From Desulfurococcaceae archaeon (GTDB lineage Archaea > Thermoproteota > Thermoprotei_A > Sulfolobales > Desulfurococcaceae): DNA of 21,532 nt. The DNA lies in the NCBI GenBank assembly GCA_038824035.1, contig JAWBBW010000021.1:1-21532 (forward strand), read 5' to 3'. Under the pieces are notes generated by a model. That model was given only the letters and a program-made list of their open reading frames with translations, had not been told where the DNA came from and searched no databases. Made by a program: the position numbers and the translations under genes. Each line of letters starts with the position of its first letter. Positions within the stretch are counted from its first letter, which is position 1. Positions 9,604 to 17,708 of the stretch are shown here, piece by piece.

Positions 9604-9711
9604 GCCTCCACGACCACGTAGAAACAATACACCAAGTCGTCTCAGAGGAAAAAGATGTTTACAGGGTGTTAAAGCACTCCACTGGTTTAGTGCCCCATGT
9701 ACTAAAGATCA

Positions 9712-11772
9712 TTACGACGACAATATCAGTTCAACGGGGTAATACACGCATGCGCCTTGTCCACCCAGAGCTGTGCATAGTTCTAGTTTCAGCTTCACCA
9801 CCGCCATTTCATTCATTGCCGTGAAATACCCAGAGAGAGCTATGAAATTGTTACCGCCAAGGTTCAACTGCACTATACTCGTGAAGGTAGATACTGGTAC
9901 ACCGTTCCTGATGCTTATATTCGTAGAGCTCGTAATGCCCTCAATCCACATATCCAGGTTCAAAGCATATGAAGTGGTAAAAGCATCGAGTATTAGCCTA
10001 GCATACAAGACCTGGGTGGTGTTTAAACGTAGAAATCTAGTTGTCGTGTTAAACAACGATGCCCCCGATACTCGTAACGATACATTAGCACTAGTCTTAT
10101 TGGATCCCAGGTTTATGGATATCGAGCTCGTCGCCAAGGCGTAGACATCCCCACCAAGCACAGCATTGTCCAGTGGAACACTTAACCCCCCGCAAAGATA
10201 TGTATCGGGATATCTCACCAATATCTTTCCATCAATACCCGTGCCCACAACAAGGTCTCCAGTAACATTGAGGATGAATGCTGATGCCGGAGCCGTTGTC
10301 GAGTTAACCAAGTATCCCAGGTTATCCCAGACCTCAACCCTCATACCCGTGTAGAAACCCATGAAGTACAGGGATCGTGGGTCCACCGTGGATACTATGA
10401 AATCCTCGAACCTGAACCATCGGGGTGGAACAGCGTCTATTGTTACACCTGCGTAAGCTGGGGTGAACCTTGTATCCCCCGTATCGCTGGCTGTTAGGGT
10501 GGCTACTAGTGCTCCGGTATCGTCGTATATCCATAATGTGAAGGTGACTGCAGTTGCTGTTACAGTGTAGTTCAGTACGAGCGTGTACCACCTGGTAGCA
10601 CTGTAGCCTGGAACACTCGTACTGCCTATTAGTCTCCATCCTCCATCCCACTTCCAAACCTCGGCTCTGCTAGCGTAAACCGATATCTCGTAGAGTCTGC
10701 TCCTGTCAGCGTTCAACAGTCCTATTCCCTTGTAGCCATCCCATGTCTCTGCTCTAACCTTAACAGAGACCCAGAGAGAGGTGTAACCATCTATCCTCGT
10801 GTTCCAGTAGTACTGTGATGCCCTACCCACGCCACCGTCGTTGTCTCTTCCTCTGAGCGCATTCCCCTTGAAGCCTCCACCAGCTGATAACCCCCATACA
10901 CCCCCGTAGCTCGTCCACCCGGATACGGGGTATTCTTCGAAGTCCGTGTAGGTGAGTGCTCCTCTACTTGTTCTTGTGAGCGCTGTGCAGGTATAATTAT
11001 ATGGTAATGTTTCAAGTGTTGCTGGAGGTGGTTGTGGGAGTATAGTTAGAGTGGAGGGATAGTAGATGAAAACCGAGGCAAGGGATGAAAAGGCTAAGGT
11101 AATGATCATTGCGTAGACCAGGCCTTGCCTGACCTTATTGTATTGTGTATTGTGGCTTAAGATGTGTTTGGACAACTTCATTGAAACCAGCATGATGGAT
11201 GCGTAGGAAGTCGTGATTGCAGTGGCTACTAGTGTCAGCATCAACCAATTATTCAACGCTAACCCGAGGACACTTGTCCGCTCTAGCCTGATCCCAATGA
11301 ACGTTATGTCTCCAGCCAATGTCCTCAATGTAATGAAGTCCCCGATAAGGCTTTGAAACCTAGCCAAATCCATCATCATAGCCCTGTATATATAGCCGTT
11401 GAAAACTCCGTAAAGGAGAATTAGTGCTGTGGCACATCCAGAGACAAGCCCCGCTGTTAGCTGGAGTCTTTTCCTATAAATAATTGACAAGAATGAAACA
11501 ACTAGTATCGTGAGTGATGATATCGTAAATGATAGGGATACATGTCTTATGTAGTCTGTGTGAGGCATGTAAACTGGCTGTTGATCCACGAGATAGTATA
11601 GCCTGTAATCGAGGATTGAGTAATAGCCTTGTATATAGCCGTGGAAGTAATAGACAGGGAGCAAAGCCACCAGTAAATAAATAGACGATGCTATGACACA
11701 CGTCAACCCCGAGGTCAAAATAAGCCACTCGACTAGTCTTTTTAACCTGTTTTCACTTGTAGCCCAACCCAT
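9712..11772 (-). CDS. Membrane protein with internal pilin-like cleavage site, lectin-like beta-sandwich insert and split pilin domain; putative minor pilin / tip adhesin
   Basis: About 5 hydrophobic segments in residues 1-232, then SLA|SVFIYYP (233-239) matching ATA|SVFVYYP of the 194-aa protein; Trp/Tyr-rich domain at about 275-461; ISINLGSNKTSA matches IKVDIGANKTSA; ends CVYYPVELILSS. The CDS is secure, the function is inferred. Confidence 0.6.
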   Translation of the reverse strand: MGWATSENRLKRLVEWLILTSGLTCVIASSIYLLVALLPVYYFHGYIQGYYSILDYRLYYLVDQQPVYMPHTDYIRHVSLSFTISSLTILVVSFLSIIYRKRLQLTAGLVSGCATALILLYGVFNGYIYRAMMMDLARFQSLIGDFITLRTLAGDITFIGIRLERTSVLGLALNNWLMLTLVATAITTSYASIMLVSMKLSKHILSHNTQYNKVRQGLVYAMIITLAFSSLASVFIYYPSTLTILPQPPPATLETLPYNYTCTALTRTSRGALTYTDFEEYPVSGWTSYGGVWGLSAGGGFKGNALRGRDNDGGVGRASQYYWNTRIDGYTSLWVSVKVRAETWDGYKGIGLLNADRSRLYEISVYASRAEVWKWDGGWRLIGSTSVPGYSATRWYTLVLNYTVTATAVTFTLWIYDDTGALVATLTASDTGDTRFTPAYAGVTIDAVPPRWFRFEDFIVSTVDPRSLYFMGFYTGMRVEVWDNLGYLVNSTTAPASAFILNVTGDLVVGTGIDGKILVRYPDTYLCGGLSVPLDNAVLGGDVYALATSSISINLGSNKTSANVSLRVSGASLFNTTTRFLRLNTTQVLYARLILDAFTTSYALNLDMWIEGITSSTNISIRNGVPVSTFTSIVQLNLGGNNFIALSGYFTAMNEMAVVKLKLELCTALGGQGACVYYPVELILSS

Positions 11773-12854
11773 CTCCTATCACCCTGGTTGAACCAGTACA
11801 CGTAGGCGTATGCGTACTCGGCTTGCACTGGTGGCTCAATAACAACATATGAGAAGCCCTTGACGATCACTGTCTTATTGCTCCATGCCCAGGTGTTGTT
11901 GACAAGGTATCTCATCGCGATATCTATTACTACTGGGAAACAATTGGGGTTTTTCGCGATGAGAACGCCGTTCACTACGCTCAGCTCTGGGCTCAACCCA
12001 CCGACCAATAACTCGTATCTACCGCTGAGCCAGGCCACGTTGTTGAACTCTCCTTCAACCCATATCTCCAGGGGCACGCCGTTCTCAAACGCTCTCCGTA
12101 ATAACTCGTGATCAGGCTTCACGATCACGGTCTTATCGAGCACTGAGATTATTTCCACTGGTGTCGAGTTCACAACGACTCTTGCACTTGTCAATGACAA
12201 AGCACCTGTGTATTTTATGCTCACAGTGCACGTGGTGTAGTCCATGTAAACACCAGCCAGGTTCACAACTCGTACAATCAATTGCGATGGCATCACCGTT
12301 CTTGGAACAACTGCATAGACAGATGTCACTAGGAGAATCCAAACACACAACACGACGATATATAAAGAACCGATGACAGGTGTTTTAATGAAATCGCGGA
12401 GCGTATAGGCGATCACGGCTATTATCAAGGGTATCCAGAGCTCTCTGTGAATTATGAAAACAACTTTCCCCTTAACCATGTCCATGGAGATGGGGCTATC
12501 AGGCATATCTACGTTATCACCCTTTGTTACAACCATGGTTTTATCTCCACTAACTGTGTTCAAGTGTAGAAAACCCACAACCCTGTGAACCACGCAGTGG
12601 CTAGGAGTCACACAGTAAACCACTACATCGCCAACATTGAAATCCATGTTTAAGTAGATAACCATGTCTCCAATCCTAACGACCGGTTCCATGCTATCCG
12701 AGATAACCACTGACATCCCCATGATGTTCAAGTAACCGAGCCTCGAGAGAAGCGTAAACACAATGACAAGCATGGATAACAAGAAAAAGATACTTGAAAC
12801 AAGGTAAAGGGATTTAACAAAAAAACTTTTAAATCCAGCAAACCTAGCCTGCAT
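11742..12854 (-). CDS. Signal peptidase I, archaeal/ER/SipW type (S26B), with long C-terminal extension
   Basis: TM segment then SDSMEP (catalytic Ser), GD, VVHRV (His general base) and TKGDN..PD; followed by two more TM segments and about 185 aa of beta-rich sequence. Overlaps the next gene by 31 bp. Confidence 0.9.
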   Translation of the reverse strand: MQARFAGFKSFFVKSLYLVSSIFFLLSMLVIVFTLLSRLGYLNIMGMSVVISDSMEPVVRIGDMVIYLNMDFNVGDVVVYCVTPSHCVVHRVVGFLHLNTVSGDKTMVVTKGDNVDMPDSPISMDMVKGKVVFIIHRELWIPLIIAVIAYTLRDFIKTPVIGSLYIVVLCVWILLVTSVYAVVPRTVMPSQLIVRVVNLAGVYMDYTTCTVSIKYTGALSLTSARVVVNSTPVEIISVLDKTVIVKPDHELLRRAFENGVPLEIWVEGEFNNVAWLSGRYELLVGGLSPELSVVNGVLIAKNPNCFPVVIDIAMRYLVNNTWAWSNKTVIVKGFSYVVIEPPVQAEYAYAYVYWFNQGDRRWVGLQVKTG

Positions 12855-12860
12855 TCTAAA

Positions 12861-13445
12861 TTACCTTCCCACGGCTGGGTTCGCGGGCGGAGTCTCCGTT
12901 GACGGCGTGTACACCAGCTTAGCGCTCGCTGTGTAAGATGTCCCTGCGATGACTGTTCCCTCCGGTATTTTGACGTAGATGTCGATTTGCCAGACCTTAG
13001 TAGCTCCCAGTAGACCAATGCTTATTGGCTGGTTAATGCCTGGATTGGTTACATCGAGCTCTCCGACCTTGGTGTTATCTTCGTAGACGAAGAGCTTCAC
13101 GGTGCTATCTGCTGGCAGGTTGTTCGACACGGAGGTGAAAACAATGTAGACGTTCATCGCGTTGTCATCGTTGTTCACTATCCGTAGTACATCCTTGTAG
13201 TAGTTCTCCTGGTATGTTGGGTGGATCTCGATGCTCGCCGATGTCTTGTTGGCTCCAATGTCTACCTTTATCTGGTTTCCTGTGCCGATGTCGGGTTGAC
13301 CAGCGTTGCTACCCTGCTCGAACACGACTCCCGGTTCCACAGGTTGAGCCGTGATATTTAATGGATAGTAGACGAAAACCGATGCTGTTGCTATTGTCGT
13401 TGCGAGTATTAGTAATAAGGGGGTTATTAATGTCTTTTTATCCAT
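12861..13445 (-). CDS. Secreted beta-rich protein, putative major pilin of TasA/archaeal bundling pilus type
   Basis: 21-aa signal peptide (MDKK, hydrophobic core, A-T-A), mature start SVFVYYP, about 173-aa beta-strand-patterned body with no membrane anchor; 6 bp upstream of a SipW-type peptidase. Confidence 0.7.
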   Translation of the reverse strand: MDKKTLITPLLLILATTIATASVFVYYPLNITAQPVEPGVVFEQGSNAGQPDIGTGNQIKVDIGANKTSASIEIHPTYQENYYKDVLRIVNNDDNAMNVYIVFTSVSNNLPADSTVKLFVYEDNTKVGELDVTNPGINQPISIGLLGATKVWQIDIYVKIPEGTVIAGTSYTASAKLVYTPSTETPPANPAVGR

Positions 13446-13505
13446 GTTATCTATCCCTTGGTGGTTTATTTAATTCCCCGCTAAGATATATGAGGCATTG
13501 ACGTG

Positions 13506-13514
13506 TATATAAAA
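13506..13514 (-). promoter_or_regulatory. Putative TATA box of the pilin-peptidase-adhesin operon
   Basis: Minus strand reads TTTTATATA about 60 bp upstream of the ATG at 13445. Confidence 0.5.
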
Positions 13515-14110
13515 GCGGGGGTTACGGATTTCTCATATTTATATATCTAGCTAGGCCTAGAGACACGTGTCTTGCCTAGTTTTTACATATAACCGTGTCA
13601 GCTATGATCTAGGCTGTTCCCAATAAGCCATCACCATCTATATCCAAATACATAGCTATATCCCCTTGTTCACCGAGACTCGAAAACATCACTAAAACAC
13701 CTACAGAACGTTCCATCGCTTCTTATATCGGAGACCAACTCGCACGATCACATGAACTGATGTAGCTCTTAGGGCGTTTGAAGCGAATAACGCATCGGAT
13801 TCCACGTAATCGTGGCGTACATCTCCAGAAGGCCTGGGGGTTAAAGGGGTTGGATTCCTCTTTCACCGTTTCTAGCCCAGTAGCATTTTAGACAGCCGAT
13901 CACATCTGGGTTTCAAGGACAACAGTCGAGGCACCGTGGTGGTAGGTGTACCTTGGAACCTCGTGTATCTTTTCTTCGATAATGCTTCAGGCCCCCTCCT
14001 CGGGAAGTCTCTAAACAACAATACGATCGGAGATCGGCTTGAACACTATCACGGCGAGGTATTCATCGATTTTTTACCTAACAGCGCATACATTGAGAAC
14101 GGTGTTTGGT

Positions 14111-14530
14111 ATGGGTGACTGGGCGATCTATGCATTGATGAGCGCATTCACAGCGGCATTGGCGACTATTCTGGCTAAGATTGGATTACAGGGAGTCGAC
14201 TCTATTACAGCCACTGCGCTTAGATCTATTGTCATGACATTCCTAGCTTTCACTGTGCTGTATTTTCACAGAGGGCTTAGGGACGTGTTCAACCTAACTC
14301 AGAGAGAATACTTATTCATAGTGCTGAGCGGGGTAGCGGGTGGGGCTTCATGGATATTTTACTTTACAGCTCTACAGAAAGGAGAGGCCAGTAAAATCGC
14401 GTTGATCGATAGAGCGAGCTTGTTATTTGTGCTGGTATTATCTATTTTAATATTGAGCGAGGAAATAACCCCTAGGAAATTGATCGCCACGTTATTGATA
14501 TTCACAGCATTAGTGATACTCGTGGCATGA
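14111..14530 (+). CDS. EamA/DMT-family membrane transporter (single domain)
   Basis: About 139 aa; W..YAL.SA..AAL..I.AKIGL.GVDS..ATALR and SG...G.SW.FYF.AL..G.AS motifs. ATG 14111 preferred to TTG 14039. Confidence 0.88.
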   Translation: MGDWAIYALMSAFTAALATILAKIGLQGVDSITATALRSIVMTFLAFTVLYFHRGLRDVFNLTQREYLFIVLSGVAGGASWIFYFTALQKGEASKIALIDRASLLFVLVLSILILSEEITPRKLIATLLIFTALVILVA

Positions 14531-14645
14531 CCTCTGGTCAACCCTTAAACGAATAAAGTACCAAGTACTTGTTTAAACACGGATGGTTAGAAAACGTGAT
14601 CGCCGCTGAGATATGGGAGGAATTATTTAGTTTTAAAACCGGGTT

Positions 14646-14822
14646 TTAGGAGAGATGATATCTAATAATGGATTCCAATATCACTACAACTCCTACAAGT
14701 GCTATTATCCACGGCCAGAGTGCATGGAAATAGAACAATAGCGTTAATCCCACTAGGAACGATCCAGCAATCACTCCGTGAATTACTTGCCTGGATTTCT
14801 TTTCACGCTCTTCTTCGCCCAT
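14646..14822 (-). CDS. Small two-TM membrane protein (58 aa)
   Basis: ATG at 14822 directly preceded by GGGGTGAT; MGEEEREKK followed by two hydrophobic helices containing LWPWII. The upstream part of the 102-aa track ORF looks non-coding. Confidence 0.6.
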   Translation of the reverse strand: MGEEEREKKSRQVIHGVIAGSFLVGLTLLFYFHALWPWIIALVGVVVILESIIRYHLS

Positions 14823-14950
14823 ATCACCCCCTAGATGCTGATGATTTCCAACCCTTAATATATTTAGTGGAATTTTCATGAAAAGCGAGATCAGTGAATG
14901 CATTGGTATCCTAGCGCTAAGAGGGCTGGGAAATAAGGGGGAAGGAGCAC

Positions 14951-16264
14951 TCAATGCCCACGACGCAACTTAATCACCACAAGTATCATTGCTATCACAG
15001 CCACTAATACCCCTATGAGTATTAACATCTCTAGCCGCATATACCACGGTCTCTCGTATTCCAGGATAATCAATGTTAAGTGATATTCTTTCGTGGTATT
15101 TCCACTAGCCGCTATAAGCACTAATGTATATGACCCGCTTACCGCTTCCCGGGAGATATTGATGAGTAGCGTGGTCGATGCCGGCGGCATGACTGATTCC
15201 GGGTTGAAAGTGTATGAAACCCCTTTAGGTGTGTTTGTAATGCTCAGTGAGACTGGTTTCACGGGCTCTCCTTCACTTAAAACCACTACTCCTATGATAG
15301 CTGAACTGCCTCTGTAGACCTGGATATTACTGGGCTCTACTTGGATATTGAAATCAAATGGCTTCATCTCTCTGAAATTCGCTCTTAGACTTATCCGGCC
15401 ACATATAAAGAGCTCTGTTGGGTTAACATGTCTATCGTATGTCGAGCACTCTGCGTATATATCTGACCATTCCTCGAATACATATCCCTCACTCGGTATA
15501 GCCGTTATATATACATGTGTTCCATTATCAATCCAGTACTCGCCAGGAGAGGGATTGGTGATACCATCGCCCCTGCCAATCCCTATGTAAACCAGGTATT
15601 CCACGTGGTAATACCCTGTTAAAACACCGGGACCTGTTACTATTATAGTGGTGCAACCGGCCTCGTGATTGGCATATCTCTTATACCCAGTTGATTCCAT
15701 GAACTCCTCGAAACAATAAGTGTGTTGAGAACCCTTATCCCACCAATATGAGAATGGAAGGAGATCTATGTCTATGAATGCCCCGTCAACGGATACAGGT
15801 GCACGTGGAAATGCTATGTCGAGTCCAAGCCCCCTGGTCTCTATAACCCATAGGTATTGTACCCGGTACTCAGCTGTGATAACGCCGTCGACCTCGGGGA
15901 CAGATAACACGCCTCCCATCTCGGTTGCGATCCCATTCGTGGATCTCCAGGCATAGCGTTTATTCCCCGTGATCGATGGTATATATTCAGCCCATTGATA
16001 TGAATGTGTTGAACCAATACTCCAATTAAAGCTCACTGGCAAATCCACGACACGGTAATCCACGTCATCAATGGTTAGGACAATGGTATCTGGTGAAACA
16101 TCTACCCCGACCCCGGTGATTGAGAAAGTTATAGTTACCACCTCTTGTTGAGGTATTGCCAGGCATCCATGTATCTGTAACACTAATACATGTAACAGGG
16201 AAAGGCAGATCAGCAGATTTAGAAAACAGGCAATGGTTTTAGACAAATTAAGCCCCTTGTACAT
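14951..16264 (-). CDS. Cell-surface protein with tandem beta-repeats (divergent InlB B-repeat-like), Ig-like domain and C-terminal membrane anchor
   Basis: N-terminal hydrophobic signal; repeats LPVSFNWSIGSTHSY / LPFSYWWDKGSQHTY; G.TNPSPG.YW...GT.V.ITAIP.EGY.F..WS motif; terminal TM helix plus KLRRGH basic tail. Confidence 0.72.
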   Translation of the reverse strand: MYKGLNLSKTIACFLNLLICLSLLHVLVLQIHGCLAIPQQEVVTITFSITGVGVDVSPDTIVLTIDDVDYRVVDLPVSFNWSIGSTHSYQWAEYIPSITGNKRYAWRSTNGIATEMGGVLSVPEVDGVITAEYRVQYLWVIETRGLGLDIAFPRAPVSVDGAFIDIDLLPFSYWWDKGSQHTYCFEEFMESTGYKRYANHEAGCTTIIVTGPGVLTGYYHVEYLVYIGIGRGDGITNPSPGEYWIDNGTHVYITAIPSEGYVFEEWSDIYAECSTYDRHVNPTELFICGRISLRANFREMKPFDFNIQVEPSNIQVYRGSSAIIGVVVLSEGEPVKPVSLSITNTPKGVSYTFNPESVMPPASTTLLINISREAVSGSYTLVLIAASGNTTKEYHLTLIILEYERPWYMRLEMLILIGVLVAVIAMILVVIKLRRGH

Positions 16265-16434
16265 GGGGGTGATAAAGCCCTTATTATAACTTCATGCAAT
16301 TGATTACGACCAATTCGTCACGGTGAACGATAAGTGCTGGGTCAAGAGATCGAGTTTGATTGATTAACAACTGATTACTTTATCCAAGTAATGCTTAAAT
16401 ATACAACCCGGCATTTCACAGGCAAGGGGGCGTT

Positions 16435-16719
16435 ATGAGACCTGGTGGAAACCTCGCCTGGGCTTTAATCACATTCCTGATCATGTATACAATGACGTTG
16501 GCTGTTTCCAACGCCTTTTACGTATTTATAGCGGCGTTGAGGCTTGTTTTGCCCTGGATACCAGAGACATTTGATCTCTCTAAATGGCTCTCCTATCTAA
16601 GATTCTCCCTGTGGTTCTCGTTCATAGTGTCGGGGGTCTTAATGATATTATCTCTTGTTTATTATAAACGGAGAAGAGAAGCCAAGGATTACATAGAGGA
16701 GGTTGTGAGAAAACTATAA
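16435..16719 (+). CDS. Hypothetical small membrane protein
   Basis: 94 aa, two hydrophobic segments and a charged C-tail; AGGGGG upstream of the ATG and TTAAATA further upstream; occupies its own intergenic gap. Confidence 0.6.
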   Translation: MRPGGNLAWALITFLIMYTMTLAVSNAFYVFIAALRLVLPWIPETFDLSKWLSYLRFSLWFSFIVSGVLMILSLVYYKRRREAKDYIEEVVRKL

Positions 16720-16789
16720 AAACCCGTGACTTGGTATCAGGGCAGGAATCACACAAGAGGTGGTCATCGTCTTTATTGTTATTATTATT

Positions 16790-17461
16790 TTAATCAATGC
16801 ATTTAACGAAAATAAACCTGGCAACTTGAACCGGGATCTCGACGATATCTTTTCCCACTTGTTTTACGCGAATGGCTTTTTCATCTTTATTGACAACTTC
16901 GAACACCGATTCCAAAGTGATGTGTATTCCACGTAGATATTCCAAGGCGCTCAGGAACTCACCTGCTATCTTCTTGACAACACACATAACTCCTTCATCC
17001 ACATCGTTTAGATTAACTAGCTCTGCCTCGTCCTCCACGTCTATGCCCGGTATTTTATTGCCATGTGGACAATGCTTGGGCTTCCCCAGCACGTTGTAAA
17101 TTCTCTCGATAATGATATCCGGCAAGTGCTCCAGGCTGTGAGCGTAGATATGGGATTCAACTAGGTCAAAGCCGAGCATCGTGTTTAGAAATGCCTCAGC
17201 GATCCTGTGTTTCCTAATTATCTGCTCCGCGATATCTTTGCCCTTTTCCGTTAAAACAGTGTACTTGTACTTAATCCTTTTAACCAACCCCTTTGACTCA
17301 AGACCCTTTATCACCTTGGAAACCGTTGCAGGCGTGACGCCCAGTTCGCTGGCTATGTCGGTTGTCCTAGCGTATCCAAACACCTCTTTAAGCCTATATA
17401 TAGTGACAAGATAATCCTCGTAACGTATATGCTTAGAGCCCTCTTTTCTTATCGAACCCAC
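16790..17461 (-). CDS. DtxR/MntR-family metal-dependent transcriptional repressor with C-terminal FeoA-like domain
   Basis: EDYL..IY.L, winged HTH (TTDIASELGVTPATVS), RKHR.AE.FL, LEH and CPHGN.IP motifs, followed by an SH3/FeoA-like tail. Confidence 0.93.
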   Translation of the reverse strand: MGSIRKEGSKHIRYEDYLVTIYRLKEVFGYARTTDIASELGVTPATVSKVIKGLESKGLVKRIKYKYTVLTEKGKDIAEQIIRKHRIAEAFLNTMLGFDLVESHIYAHSLEHLPDIIIERIYNVLGKPKHCPHGNKIPGIDVEDEAELVNLNDVDEGVMCVVKKIAGEFLSALEYLRGIHITLESVFEVVNKDEKAIRVKQVGKDIVEIPVQVARFIFVKCID

Positions 17462-17708
17462 AGTTCACACCACTGGTTTCGAATACCAGTTATTGCCCAA
17501 TCTCATTATAATCACCAATTAAGGGCTATTTAATGATGAGGACATGGATGTGAATAAGGAGAAACCATGTAAGGCTATCGTAAAGAACGAGAAGAATACA
17601 TCGAGTGAGTGCCGTGGCCAGTGATTTATAGCAAATCAGGGTTCATGTGGTTATAAATACCTCGACGAGGTAGAATATATTGATATAGCGCTAGCATAGG
17701 GGTTATCC

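Noticed and set aside
12861-13445. Type IV pilin / archaellin interpretation of the 194-aa protein
   Set aside because: No class III signal peptide (no basic-Gly cleavage motif before the hydrophobic helix). It has a class I A-x-A site after the helix and a signal peptidase I neighbour, with no ATPase or TadC gene in the window.
13936-14118. 60-aa plus-strand ORF and the TTG-extended start (14039) of the EamA gene
   Set aside because: No recognisable motif, and the EamA family pattern begins at ATG 14111.
14823-14954. N-terminal 44 aa of the 102-aa minus-strand ORF
   Set aside because: The internal ATG at 14822 has a strong GGGGTGA ribosome-binding motif, and the upstream stretch contains an AT-rich promoter-like segment.
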